Source: Chiloscyllium plagiosum (taxonomy: Eukaryota). Taken from it: a stretch of 64,000 nt of DNA. Below, piece by piece: positions 1-12,900 of this stretch (position 1 is its first letter; each line of letters starts with the position of its first letter). The stretch spans positions 25,800,670 to 25,864,669 of the forward strand of contig NC_057718.1 of the NCBI RefSeq assembly GCF_004010195.1. Direction: 5' to 3'. Under the pieces are notes generated by a model. The model worked only from the letters and a program-made list of their open reading frames with translations, did not search any database and was not told the origin of the DNA. Both the position numbers and the translations under genes were made by a program.

Positions 1-451
1 GAGATAAGGAAGATCAGGGATATAGTTCAGGATTTTCCCCATCAGTGCTGCTGTGCTCTCTCTGTAGTGCTGTCGCGAGTGTTGTAGGAACATTACCCAT
101 GTAAACTGACTTTCTGCTGCACTTTGCAAAGATATAGCTGCAGACCAGCATTTGCTCTGAGCTTAATTCCTGCCCAGAATCTGATGGCGGGTAACAGCTC
201 TCCCTCAGTTTGAGGATGTCATGGGAAATACCAGGATCAATCTCGACACACAGATCAGTTGATATGAAACAAAACACCTGACAAGGTACTAGGACCTAGG
301 ATGAGGGATTTGCTCGCTTTGCTTTCCTTCTCTGCCTCATCATTGAGATGTTTTGACTTAAAGTGCGATGCAGCTTAATCACCAAGTTGTCAATATTTTG
401 AACCATTGGTGGTAAGCTTCTCCATCATGGTTGTCAATTTTGATATGCTTT

Positions 452-905
452 AGAGTCATAGAATTGTACAGCATGGAAACAGACCCTTTGGTCAAGTTAT
501 ACTGAGCAGATATCCTAAATTAATCTAATCTCATTTGCCAGAACTTGGCACATTTCCCTCCAAACCCTTCGTATTCATGTACCCATCCAGATGCCTTTTT
601 AATACTGTAATTGTACCAGCCCCCACCACTTCCTCTGGGAGCTCATTCCATTCACGCACAACCCTCTGCCTGAAAAAGTTGCCCTTTAGGTCCCATTTAA
701 ATCTTTCCCCTCTCACCCTAAACCTATGCCCTACCCTACCCAGGGAAACAATCTTGTATATTTACCCTATCCATGTTCCTCATGATTTTATAAACCTCTG
801 TAAGACCACCCCTCAGCCTTTGAACCTCTCGGGAAAACAGTCTCAGCCTATTTAGCCTCGCCTAATAGCTCAAAACCTCCAACCCTGGCAACATCCTTGT
901 AAATC
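452..905 (-). mobile_element. CR1 LINE 3' fragment (ORF2 C-terminus and tail)
   Basis: The minus ORF 531-716 reads RGERFKWDLKGNFFRQRVVREWNELPEEVV..LKRHLDGYM, a typical CR1 ORF2 end. The minus strand ends in the CR1 tail (..ctgtacaattctatgactct). Confidence 0.9.
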
Positions 906-1734
906 TTTAAGGACTCTTTAAGACTCTTCAAGAAATCTTTGAGGACTTTCGTCTTTCCCAAAACACTGCCCACCTGAGAGTTATGAGAAACAAGAGCTGG
1001 CGGGACGTATCCTTCTTGACCATCTGGGCACAGTGTCCTATCCATTGGAGGTAATTTTGCAAAAGCATTGCTTGAGCTCTTATGAAGATGATTTCAAGGA
1101 ATCTGAAGAATACAGTGGAGCCACTGCCAGTGGTATCCCTTTAGAATTTTTATATGTTGCTGATAAGTCGAAGCAACCTATTCTCAATAGGCATACCTTA
1201 AAACAGCAAGGGAAAAGTATAGATTCATGTCCTTGCTTCATATTAAAATATGTTGAACTTAACATGTCGAATAAGGCTGGACAATTTCATTTAATAAGAG
1301 TATTCCAGATTGTATCATTTTCTTCGATAGCAAATGATACAATGTTAAGTTGATATCATTGTGTATAGTTAAGGGCATTAAGTCCTTGTTGCATGACATG
1401 AGATGTTGCCAACCCCTGATACCTCACCTAAGCAACTATTGTTGAGCATTGATAGAGTTTGCCAGTAAGCAGGTGATATCACAACTTAGCACAACCTGTT
1501 CCACCTTGTGTTAATAAGCACACACTTTAGTATAGTGACTGCTCAATAGGAATAATTTGTTCTGAAAAAGTACCTTCATTGGAGAAATCTGTCCCAAGGC
1601 ACTTCATAAAAAGAATGATCAGACAAAACTTGGCACAGAATGAAAAGATATGTTTGGAAGAATGCCAAAAGGTTTGGTCAAAGTACTCAGCTTTTAGGAG
1701 GAGGGAGTTTTGTAGCTTTCAACCTGGTGGCTTC

Positions 1735-2262
1735 TTTTTTATTCACTTATGGGACGTGGACATCACTGGCTGGGCAAACAGGGTGGTGACGAGCTGCCTT
1801 TTTGAACTGCTGCATTCTATTGGCTGTTGGTAGTGGCACTAAAAGAACAGTGATACGTTCAGGATGGTGAGTATCTTGGAGGGGAACTTTCAGGTGGTGG
1901 TGTTCCCCTGTATCTGCTACTGTTATGCTGTGAGGTGGATCTGGTATGGGGTTTGGAAGGCACTGTGTAAGGATCTGTGGTGGGTTTCTGCACACTTCTT
2001 GTAGGTGGTACACACAGCTGCTGCTGAGCATCAGTGGTAGAGGAACTGAATATTTGAGGATATGGTGCTTATGAAGCGGGCTGCTCTATCCTGGATGGTG
2101 TCCTGCTTCTCGAGAGTTTTTGGAGCTGCACTCATCCAGGCAAGTGGGGAGTATTCCATCACATTCCTGACTTGTGCCTTGTTGATGATGGACAGGAGTT
2201 TGGGAATCAGGAAGTGAGTTACTTGCTGCAAGATTCCCAGTCTCTGTCCTAGCACAGCCATC
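1735..2262 (-). mobile_element. Non-LTR retrotransposon 3' fragment (CR1/Jockey group, KAQVR..MEY type)
   Basis: The minus ORF 2031-2264 contains KAQVRNVMEYSPLAWMSAAPKTLEKQDTIQDRAARFI, an RT thumb/C-terminal region. The same tail recurs at about 21085-21260 (-) and 35600-35860 (+). Confidence 0.8.
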
Positions 2263-2903
2263 AAGAGCAGGAGAAAAAGATTTCAGGAAGCTCAAGAGGC
2301 TGAGTAAAGTTGGAAGTAAAGCCAAACTGTGCGTAAAGCTGCCAGATGAGTCAGTCCCATCGGTTTGCTACTGGCACATGCTGAAAATTACAGAGGTTAC
2401 TGCTGGTCAGAGACTGGGAGGTCATTGTTCCCCAAACACAACCCAGTCCACTGTTGCCTTTCTTCACTCTTCATTTTGCAATGGCATCTCAGGAGGGATA
2501 AATGGGGGAGAATTGGCTCTCCCTAAAAGGGGACATGCTGGATGGAAGCCAAGCGAATGAGCAGCAGATTAAGATGGGCATCCATTTTCCAGATTTTGGC
2601 TCCTCACTTCCTATGTATGAACTCACATAACGCCAGCCGCCATTTGCAGGAGGTGGGTTTGTAGGTGGAGTTGTGGTAACAAAACATTGAGTGTGACGGT
2701 GGTCACATAGTGGCCATCACGTGCCAGCCAACCAATATTGAAGATATTTTTATCCATGGCGGTAGGGGTTGGGAATGGGGGAAGGCGCTGTCTGGCTTCC
2801 TGCTCTTCCTTGGGCCAGTTGAGGCCCTTAAGTTACTAGTTAATGGCCACTTAGGGGCTTTCTTCCTTCACCACATGGCTGTTTCCCACTTGCTGGTCGA
2901 GGT

Positions 2904-3565
2904 TGTGTGGACTAGGCCAGACCACTCAAAACATTCTTAAGCAGGCAGCCCTAGATCTAACTTCGGTAAGTATACAGTGAAAATTAGCCGGAGTAAGATA
3001 GCTAGGTTGACTACTAGATTTTAAAACAGACAAAAAATGTATTCACAAAATCACACAATGAAACACAAAGAACAGAATAAAGATCCCCTACAGAACTCAA
3101 CCTATCCAGCTAGACTTAATTATCCGGTTCCGAATGCACATAACAGTCCCAATAAGCAAACTCCCTTTAAAAACCAGTATGAATGGAACACACGCTTACA
3201 GGTTGAAGTTGAAGGGCAGAAAAAGAACGATTCCAAACAGCTCCCTGTTGAACTTTTAACCAGTTTAAAACGGAACTTAAACTGCTCAGCTCAGCTCAGC
3301 TTAGCTAGAGAGCTGGCTACTCCCCGCTCTTCATAAAGGTCACTTCTAAAGCATGACCACTTTGGCCTGAAGTTTCATCTGTTTACATATAAACAAAAGG
3401 CCTCTCAAAGTCCTTTCCACTGTAGGGAATCTAAATTTAAAATCTAAAATCTCTGTACCAAATCGGAGCCTGGCCTGGTTTATTACCCCTCTGAAAAACG
3501 TCAAGGACAGAGTCTCCTTGAGCCAAGGAACAGCTTTTAGAAAAAAAGGGGCTAGCTTTGTGACA
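2904..3565 (-). mobile_element. Solo LTR (Gypsy-like)
   Basis: TG...CA termini with a perfect 4-bp TSD, AGGT (2900-2903 and 3566-3569). Its 3' half is similar to the LTR at 8779-9391 in the opposite orientation. Confidence 0.8.
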
Positions 3566-4889
3566 AGGTATTTCCCAAAGTACACCACCCACCCCTGAGT
3601 GCTTCCCCACCCTATATCCCGGTCAATCTCTTGCTGTGATCTGCTTGCTCCACAGCCCTTTGACTGCCACACCTTTAATTGGCTTGAGGTGTGACTTCTG
3701 AACGCATCACAGCTTCAAGAACTGCCGGCCAATACATGAGCCCTGGCCAAACTCTAGACTGAACCGAACGTCCAAGCTCCATTGGTATCTCCGTCTTCTC
3801 CAAGCATGCATGAAGCTCCAGCAATCCAGAAGCACACCTCGGATGAGAGAGAGCTGCCAGCCAATTCTCGATGATAAACCTTCCCTACTGGAATGGAAAG
3901 GTCAAAGTGCCACCCTGGACCGGCCGAAGGGTCAGCAGACAATGGATGGCTGTGCTGTGGGCAAGCCCAGGTGAGCTTGTCACTAACCCCAGCCCCTAAC
4001 GTCCCATAAAATGTAGCTCAATGACCCAGAAGCACGAGGATTCTCAGGGCAAATCTGGCACAGTTATTCCAATTTAATAAGTAGAACCTTGCAAGTTGTT
4101 CGGAATCAAATGACCTTTCTCAATGCTATAATTGCTCTGACTCTACAATTGTCAGTTTGGAGAAACAGATCAACCGTTCTCTGAGCTTAAATTTGTTTGA
4201 CAGTTTCCTTTTACGTTATCACTCAAGTACTGACTTCTCTTGTCCCACTTGTACTTAGTCTGCAAGATGGTAATTACAGCTACTGCAGTATAGAAGCTGC
4301 AGATGCTCATCAGCTCTCCACCTTTTGTGGAGTATCTGTGCTCACTGCACAGCCTCAGGAAAGCCAGCGTTCTCAATAATTGTCTGTGCCAGCATTTCCC
4401 ACTTAGAATAATCTCACCGGCCTCTCATCTATCTCAATGATTGAGAGTATTTTGTGTGCCCTACCGCTGAGCTTCTTCCACAGTTCTGTGGGTTAGGGCA
4501 TTTTGCAGACTGTAAAGTTGCAACAACTTCATTCCTCACTTCTCAGAACATGGTAAATGTGATCACACATTTATGGTGCATTCCAGACTCAACAGTTAGA
4601 TAAACGGCTGCTGCCTCGCCACATTTATACTGCTGGACAGCTCCATTAAATAAAGTCTGTGTTCTCTGTGCCAATTCTTTCTCCTGTCTGCAAGCCATGT
4701 CGTCACCATTCTGTGTTGCACACATTCTCAAGATTGCATTAAAAAAAATTGAAACCATCTGTACATGCACTCACACATGTCCATATTGCAGCAATTGAAC
4801 AATTTCATTTAATTCTGTTTTAATGAGATGAACAGTGTTGGACAGCAGCAATAGAAAAGAGAGGCATTGCTATCAAGGGCAATGGTGCA

Positions 4890-5010
4890 AGGGCTTTTGC
4901 CCAAAACGTCGATTTTACTGCTCCTCGGATGCTGCCTGAACTGCTGTGCTCTTCCAGCACCACTAATCCAGAATCTGGTTTCCAGCTTCTGCAGTCATTA
5001 TTTTTACCTG
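4890..5010 (+). repeat. Penelope-like element terminal (pLTR) fragment
   Basis: gggcttttgcccaaaacgtcgat..ggatgctgcctga..ccagc..tgcagtc matches the end of the PLE at 62960-63079. The ribozyme core is truncated and mutated. Confidence 0.8.
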
Positions 5011-5842
5011 CTTTGAGTAACAACCTGGCTGCATGTACCGGCAAGCATCCGAGTCTTTTTCAGGAGAATTGGTTGATTTTGCTTATTTCCTTTAGTTGCA
5101 CAATTGCTTTTGTTTCTTTTGATTTTATTGATATTTCTGATTTCAGCCTGCATTGGCATTAATCACTTAGGCATACCAATTACTCCAATGTGTTTAAAAG
5201 TGCATTTTTGAATGGGGTTTATTTAGAGTAGATGATTGGCACCAGTGCTGTGGACTGCAGTTACACGGTCCCTAGAGACCTGGAAGAATTTCAGAGCACC
5301 TTTCTAGCTAACTGATGCAAAGATGCACCAGGAACAATTTGCTGGTTGGAAGCGGCAGTGTGGGCCCTGTATTCCTCTATTCAGTGACACCCCAGGATGC
5401 CACCAGACATGCTCCAAAGAAAGACAGAGAGAGGGGCAAACAGATGAAGGATTACCTCCAGTCAGAATTTGCATAATTGCGACGATAACTTGACATGGTT
5501 GACCATTAGATTTCACCCACTGGTTTTCTGCTTCATAATGTTGATTGCAAGATACAATGTGTGTTTGCATTTTCATCAGTGTTTCTAATGAAGGAATCCT
5601 GAACTGTGCTTAGCATGGCAATGTTCTCCAAAGTCCAGTAATTCCCCACCCCACCATCTCCCAGCACTTTTCTCTATTGTATGTCATTAGCATCATGTAA
5701 ATGCAATTTATTGTTGCAATCATTCATTTTAATTGTCCCTTGACGAGGCCAAAAGGCACTTTAGACAGTTGGGTATTTAGTGACAGGAAGTTATTGAGCA
5801 ACCTATGCACAAATTAACTAAAGGAGTTGTTCAACAGAACTG

Positions 5843-6966
5843 TGTAATAAAAATGTATAATACATATTGTTAGCGTTTGGATTTTTAAAAAAGAGGCAGA
5901 TAGAGTTTGGTTTCAGTTATGTGAAGGTAACTTTTTTTTGAGAGGACCGATAACCATTTGGAACAGCCAGCTAAATATATAATTTGCAAGGAAGCACATG
6001 ATTGAGTTAAGTACCTCGCAGGACTCTTGTGCTGTTACTTGATGAAATGTTTACAATTCTGAGTTGACAACAGTCCGAAGAAAACAGACCCAGCACCACT
6101 GGATCAGCTTTGACTGCAATTCAGAAGAATCAGAAGTTCAGTTTTAGACAGCAGTTTTCTTCTAGTCAAAAGGTTTTAGTTTGTCAACTCTCCAACCTGT
6201 GAGAGCTTGTCAAGAAATTTTCAAGTTGTCCGAACTGCAAAGAAGCTGCAGAACTGAAAGGGAGTGCAGGCGAGCAGAACTTGAAAATAAAACTGCCTCT
6301 GCAGTCCAAAAAGGAGAACTGGCAGAGGAGGAGGAGTACTTGTGATATCATTGGTGGAGACTTCTGTTTAATGAAAATCTGGAATAAAAAGGTAGCCTAC
6401 TAGTGACCATTTAATTGATGTCAATTGTAGTCAGAACCTATCTGATTCACTGCTGTCCGTTCAGCGGGGAAATCTGCCATCCTTACCTGCGCTGGACTAC
6501 ATGGGTCTCCAGACCTTCAGCAATATTGACTCTGAACTGCCCTCTGGGTAATTATGGATGGGATAAAAATGCTGGTCATCCAATGACACCAACATTCCAT
6601 TAACTACTTTAATAAAGTAAGAAATGTAAGTGTTGAAATAGATGTGATATTTCTCTGGTATTAAGTATCTGTGACTGATATAGCCAGGGGACACAATGAA
6701 ACTTTGTTTTGCAATTTACGTGATGACTTTTTCAAATTGTCTTCCATTTATATTATATATCTATGGAATATAACTTTGTTTATTTTACCATTTTGTGTGC
6801 AAAAACTTTTGTTCCATGTCAAGGAACATTGACAGGCTCATGTGAATATGTTTGATCTCGAACAACCGTGCTACCACCTTGCCAAAATTAAGCTCATGGC
6901 CTATCAAGCCAGGTTTAACTGTGGGATCAGACGTTTCCTGTGTTACCATCAGCTGGGATCATAACA
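5843..6966 (+). mobile_element. Probable solo LTR containing a SINE insertion
   Basis: Termini TGTAATA...ATAACA are flanked by ACTG/ACCG, a 4-bp TSD differing by one CpG-type transition. The 3' end (ctgggatcataaca) is LTR-like. Confidence 0.55.
6345..6612 (+). repeat. tRNA-derived SINE (family B), 5'-truncated
   Basis: The core gaaatctgccatccttacc..ctacatg..tccagac..actct.aactgccctctg is shared with the fuller copy at 21715-22066. Its upstream part matches 35040-35130. Confidence 0.75.
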
Positions 6967-7194
6967 ACCGGAATGAGATATTTTTCAACTGCAAACAAAC
7001 TTGCTGGAGAATTGCATTCTCATGCAACCGAATTTGGTTGGATACATTGCAAAAATCTAAGGAGTCTTGAATATAAATTAATATAAATTATAGATGTGTG
7101 ACACTAAGTTCCACCTACTATGACATCTGGACCTGTTTAGAAACTTGCAACATATTTTATGTGTGTTATATCTGACTTAATTATATGGGTTAAA

Positions 7195-7450
7195 GAAAAA
7201 CTGAAATTTATGTATAGAATGATTGGTGTCCTCAGAAAATCCCAAGGTGTTTCCTCACGATTAATTATTTTTGAAATGTAGTCACTGATGGTACATAAGC
7301 AAATTTGTTGGCAAATTGGGTGCAGCAAGGTTGCACACAGATCAAAAAGATCAACTATTCCATGCTTGATTCTATTGTCTTGGGGATAGATGTTGGCCAG
7401 CACACTATGAGAGCTCCTCTGTTTTTCTGAACAGCCAGCACGAATACAAA
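7195..7450 (-). repeat. Deu-type SINE fragment (decayed)
   Basis: Similar to the tail and Deu domain of the copy at 20921-21512. Confidence 0.55.
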
Positions 7451-8778
7451 ACATTGCTTCATCAATAACTTGTTCACATCTTCGGTGAAATTGGAATCTG
7501 TGATCTAGTGAGCATGCAACCTAGGTGATAACATTTACAGAGCCCTTCTTCTTTAACAATTAGCTAATGGATTACAATTCATGAGAAATAAAATACTTAA
7601 GCTTAATATTGGATGAATTTGAAGCAGCAATGTTATTTTAAGTAAGATGTACAAAACAAATCAGAAACTATATGAAGAATGCCACATGCTTCACAGCCAT
7701 GGTCTCTCCTCTCCCTATCATTTCCTATTCTCCAGCCCTCTGATATTTTCATGCAGTTTTAATTTGACCTATTTCATAATCCCAATCTTAATTACTGCAC
7801 TATTGGCAGACATAGCTACAGCCGCCTAGGCCCCAGACTCTGACAATTTCTTCCTTAGTGGAAAGCACAGTGGGAAGGAGTGAGTGTAGCTGTTAGTAAG
7901 AAATGCATGGCAAACCAAGGGGACAGAGAGAAGAAAGTCCTGTAGATTACATGTCCTGCTCAATTTGTGCAACATGCTTACAACCTACAAGGATAAGGAT
8001 GCAGTCTTTAGGGCGAACAGCCATATTTATGTCAATGTGAAGCCTGAGGAAGTTTGAAATAGAAGGAAAAGCAGAACAGAAAGGTAATTTGATAGACTTC
8101 TTCATGAAGGTGAAGAGTAATGTAAATTCTGAGACAAGGGTCGTGAATCTAAATTGAGGGAATTACAATGGTTTGAGGCATGAGTTGGCTACAAAAGATT
8201 TGGAGATGTTACTTAAAGCGATGACATGGAAAGGCAATGGAAATCACTCAAAACATGCATGGATGAACTGCAGTAATTGTTCATTCCTCTCTGATTCATA
8301 AGTAAAATGGGAAAGATATCTAAACCATGGTTTAAAAGGGAATGTAGATATAGTGTTAGATCCAAGAAATAGGCATACAAATTGGCCAGAAAAAGAAACA
8401 GACTTGATGATAGGTGTGGTTTAGAATTCAGCAAAGCAGGACAGAGGATTAATTAAGAAAGGAAAATAGAGTATAGCTTGTAGGAAACATAACTGACTTG
8501 TAAAAGTCTTTAATAGGTTTGTGAAGGTAAAATATTAGTGAAGTCAAGTATCAGTCCCTTTCAGTCAGAAATAGGGGAATTTGTAATTGATAACAAAAGA
8601 ATGGCTGACCAACTGAACAAATTCTTTGGTTCTGAGTTTACAAATGAGGGCACAAATAACATGCCCAAAACGTTAGGGGACATAGGGTTTCATGAGAGGG
8701 AGGAACTAAAGGAAATCTGTATTAGTAGGAAAATGGTATGGAGGAAATTGATGGGATTGAAGGTTGATAACTCTCTGG

Positions 8779-9391
8779 TGTGACAATGCCACTCCTTTAT
8801 GTTGTCCTTGACTTTTTTTTGTTTCAGAGAGATCGTAAAAGACACAGACTCTGAAAAGTCTGGAGTTGAAGGGTTTTGGGCCAATTTGATTGTAGATAAC
8901 ATACTGCCTCAGACAGAACGTTTTCAAGTTGAAAAAAAAACACTTGTTCAATAAAAGTTGGGTGGCCTGTTCTCCCAGCTTTTCTCTGGTTTGGTTTGGG
9001 TTTTAGCACAGTAGTGCTCTGAAGCTGCTGGACCCAAAGAAGCAGGTCCAGGCTGGTTAACTCTCTCACTGACTTCTCTCCTGTTGGACCCTGGGTTTGA
9101 TTTTACCTTATAGGTCACAGGTTGTTTGTGGGGATTGTTGCACGTATTTGGAACAGCATCATTAAGTTGGGATAGTCTGTTGGGTTTTTGGATAGGCTGA
9201 ATTATTCTGTATTCTATCTCCTTTTGTTTGTGTTTCATTTGGTAATCTTGTCAATAAATTCTGTTTTGTTTAAAACTAAGTGGGTTGACCAGCTGCATAA
9301 TTCCTGGAATATCCACTTTACACCAGCATAAAACAACTAGCAAAGTTAGGGCCTGGGCTATTTTCTTGAAATGTTTCAAGGAGGTCTAACA
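8779..9391 (+). mobile_element. Solo LTR inserted in CR1
   Basis: TGTGACA...TCTAACA termini, a CTGG/CTAG 4-bp imperfect TSD and AATAAA at about 9253. Homologous to 2904-3565. Confidence 0.8.
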
Positions 9392-9758
9392 CTAGGGTCT
9401 GAAAAACTACATTCGAGAGTACTTAAGAAGTAGCCATAGAAATAGTGAATGCATTGGTGGTCATCTTCCAAGATTCTATAAACTCTGCAACAGTTCCTAT
9501 GTATTGGAGGATAGCTAATGTAATCCCTTTATCTAAAAGGGAGCCAGAGAGAAAACTAGGAATTACTTACCAGTCAGCCTGACACTGGTAGTGGGGAAAA
9601 TGCTAATGTCCATTATATAAGGTTTAATAGCTGAGTACATAGAAAGCAATGGTCGAATCAGACACATTCAGCATGAATTTACAAAAGGAAAATCATACTT
9701 GACAAATCTACTGGAATTCTTTAGCATGTAACTTGATGTTACATATGGATGTAACATC

Positions 9759-10110
9759 CAGTCACTACATCTATACTTCCTGCTGCATCAGAAAAGCAAC
9801 CAACATAATCAAGGATCCCTCCCACCCTAGTTATATTCTGTCTCACCTTCTTCCATTGGGCTGAATACATTTAAGAGTAGAATCAAGAACAGCTTCTTCC
9901 ATCTGTTATTAAACATTTGAATAGACTTCTCAAATGTTAATTCTGATCTCCCTCTCTGCACCTTCTCTGTGCTGTAACATTGAATTCTGCACTTTGTTCT
10001 GCTATCCTGATGCACTTTGTATGGTATGATCTGCTGCAGAGCACACAAAACAACACTTTTCACTGTATCTTGGTACATATGACAACAATCAATCAATCGA
10101 TCAATCAATC
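9759..10110 (+). mobile_element. Rex1/Babar-type LINE 3' end with (AATC)n tail
   Basis: Translates CIRKATNIIKDPSHPSYILSHLLPLG..RIKNSFFHLL, Rex1-like, and ends in caatcaatcaatc repeats. Confidence 0.8.
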
Positions 10111-12079
10111 TTGGAGATGATGAGGGAGAGCCAGTGGACTTTCAGAAGACTTTTGACAAAGAATGATGTATACAATTAAAGCATTTGGGATTGAGGATGG
10201 TGTATGAAATGGGTGGAAATCCGGTAGTCAGACAGGAAACAAAGCATAGGAATAAACATGTCTTTTCTGAATAGCAAACAGTGATTAATAGGGGACAATA
10301 TGGGTCAGTACTAGGACCCCAGCTATTCACAATATACTATTGATGTAGGTGAGGGAACTATGTGTATTATCTCCAAATTTGTAGATGACACAAAGCTGGC
10401 TGGGAGGGTGAGTGTGAGGAGGATGCTGAATGAGTGTGATTTGGACAGGCTGAATGAGTGTGCAAATGCAATCAAGGCCAAAACATTGTATGATTTCAAG
10501 AAGAGAGTTGGATGTACCACTTGGGGTTAGAAGGATCAATGGATGTGGGAAATAGCAAAAAAGACTATTGAGTTGGATGAATGGCAAAACAGACAAAGAG
10601 GATGAGTTGTCTATTCCAATTCTTATTTTCTACGTGTGTTTTTCTAGTCATAGGGGATGTGATCATTAGCACACTGACAATGCTCTGCTTTCACAATGGA
10701 ATGTCCTGAGGGTTGTTGTGTCAAACTACTGCAAAGGTAAATGATATGTCAGAGAAGCTGGGGATGAATTTGGAAATAGTGGAGGAAGGTCTAGTTCCAA
10801 TGGTCCATGTTGGGACCAAAGAAAAGTGAGGAGATCTGCTAAGGGAATATCAGAAGTTAAGAATTAATAAGAGTTGAGCAATTAATACTGGCCTTTCCAG
10901 TGATTCCCACATTCCATGAATGAATAAAAGGAAGCTAAAACGTAGAATCTTGTAGGTAATCTTCTCCAAGGATTACAATGCATGCTGTGTGCCAACTGGA
11001 ATAAAGATAGGCAGATCAGAAGGGTGAATACATGGTTGACTGGCATGGGAAGGAATGGCTTCATTTCATGGGGGGCACTGAACAGAGTAGGTGCAAGAAC
11101 TATACCACTGGGACAGGCTCCATTTGAGCCTGAATGGAACCAGTGCTCCAGCAAAATGGTAAATTGGGCTGTCAATAGGACTTTACATTCGTGAGAGAGG
11201 GAAAGAAATCTAGTGAAAATCAGTCAGAAAATGAAAGCAAGAGGAGAGGCGAGTGAAGGTCAGACAGAAGTAAGGAAGAAAGGTAATTTAAATAGCAGGG
11301 GAAGAAATACAACTACAAAACAGAAGTGACTGATGACTATTGATAATAAAGTAAAAGGAACAACTATGAAACATAAATTAAACTGCCTGTTCAGCAATGT
11401 GCACAGAATTCAAAACAAAGGGGGAAATTGGAGGCAATAATCTTGAGTGAGGAAGCAGGTGTAGAAATAACTGCAGCATGACAGGATAAAGAAAGGGATG
11501 TAAGTACTGTTGGTGACAATGTGATCAGAAAGGGAAAGGTGTTAGAAGGAAGGTGGGGAGCTCTTCTAATTAAAGATAATATAATGGCTATCAGAAAAAC
11601 ATCAGAAAACAACTGGAAAATTAGAAAATCTGTATGGATTGAAGTAAAAGTTAAGAAGGGATAAATCATGCCAGTCGGGGTGTAGTACAGATTAATCAAC
11701 AGTGGGAAGAAAAAACTATGGAACTGGATATGAGATCTGAATGAGGGCATACATTGGCAAGAAAAGGTTGTGGAAAAGATGCAGAAAACAGAGATTTGAA
11801 TTGGACTGGATTCTACAGGAGCTGGTTGGGGCTGGGTTGTGTGACAGATTGTTTGCTCCCTGGAACAAACAATACCACCCACAGCCACAACACGCAGCAG
11901 GCTGGCCAAGTGTTGGCTGGCAGTGGGACTTCTGCCACCCACTTGAGAGAAATCCGTGCCCTCGGCAGCTGCCAGCTCATCAGATTGGCTGGCACTTCCA
12001 CCATTTGCCATATCACAGTTGTGGGCATTGCCAAAAGGGACTTGATCAAGGATAGTCACAGTTGACCTGAGAAGTCAGA

Positions 12080-12262
12080 CTTTTGAACGGACCTCTCAAA
12101 TGTTAATGTTGATCTCTCTCTCTGCACCTTCTCTGTGGTTATAACACTGTATTGTGCGCTCTGTTCTGGTACCCTGACACACTTTGTATGGTATGATCTT
12201 CCTGTATCGTGCACAAACAGCATTTTCACTCTATCTCATTACATGCAGCAATAATAAATCAA
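12080..12262 (+). mobile_element. Rex1/Babar-type 3' UTR fragment
   Basis: Closely similar to 9915-10090 (gacctctcaaatgttaat..ctctctgcaccttctctgt..actttgtatggtatgatct). Confidence 0.75.
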
Positions 12263-12589
12263 GCTCAAGGATTTTAAGGCATCCCGGGGCAGAGTATCAA
12301 ATTCTGTTGGGCAGGCTGCCCTAATCCATGCAGGGTACCGTCCCCAAAGTGAGGTGCCGATTCCTTCCGGCCTCTGTTCATTTTGTCTGCCCACTCCTGC
12401 CTGACGTCCAATGCCAACTGCATGAAGGCATGGTTGGGGCACATTTGTGACCCCATTATGCCTTGAAAGAGGGATGCTGATAGCTGAGGGGGCATCCTGT
12501 CCTTTGAAACAGCAGTTCTGATCAGACTGGTACCCTCATCCTCAAATACGTAGCCCGGTCAGGCTAACAATTAATTTTGGAAACAGCTT

Positions 12590-12900
12590 ACATCGCCTTT
12601 TCAGGCTGAGCATTTCTTCACCTGAAAGTTGGAATCAAAGATATTTCTCCTCATCTCCAGCTAAGTCTTTTATGATGTTAGATCTATGAATTCTTGTTGA
12701 CTGTGTCAGCACGAGAATAGATTTTCTCCACTTACTTTATCGAGACATCTTATCACCTTGCAAGCCTCTGCTAGGAATCTTCTTAACCTTTACTGTTCCA
12801 GGACAAATGGTCTGAACTTCATAATTGATGACCCTCACCTCTTGTAACATCTTGGTAAACCTACCCAGTGCCCTTTTAAAGTCCTTTACATCATTCATGG
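12590..12900 (-). mobile_element. CR1 fragment (decayed)
   Basis: The minus ORF 12737-12919 reads DVKDFKRALGRFTKMLQEVR, resembling the CR1 ORF2 LERVQRRFTRM region. Confidence 0.6.

Larger units (their letters stand above)
8020..10620 (+). mobile_element. Decayed CR1 LINE ORF2, interrupted by a solo LTR and a Rex1 fragment
   Basis: Frameshifted CR1 motifs: GEFVIDNKRMADQLNKFFGSEFT, QHEFTKGKSYLTNLLEFF, GSVLGPQLFTIY, SKFVDDTKLAG. The sequence resumes collinearly after each insertion. Confidence 0.85.

Noticed and set aside
14..277. 87-aa minus ORF at the window edge
   Set aside because: No recognisable domain, a non-ATG start and only a weak splice acceptor; cannot be supported as an exon.
1033..1353. 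106-aa ORF
   Set aside because: GTG start, no recognisable homology and no splice support.
4547..4552. Possible 6-nt microexon (cttctcag | AACATG | gtaaat)
   Set aside because: Weak donor; such matches are expected by chance in 64 kb.
11391..12059. Longest ORF (222 aa, minus)
   Set aside because: Antisense read-through across a decayed CR1 endonuclease and another repeat.
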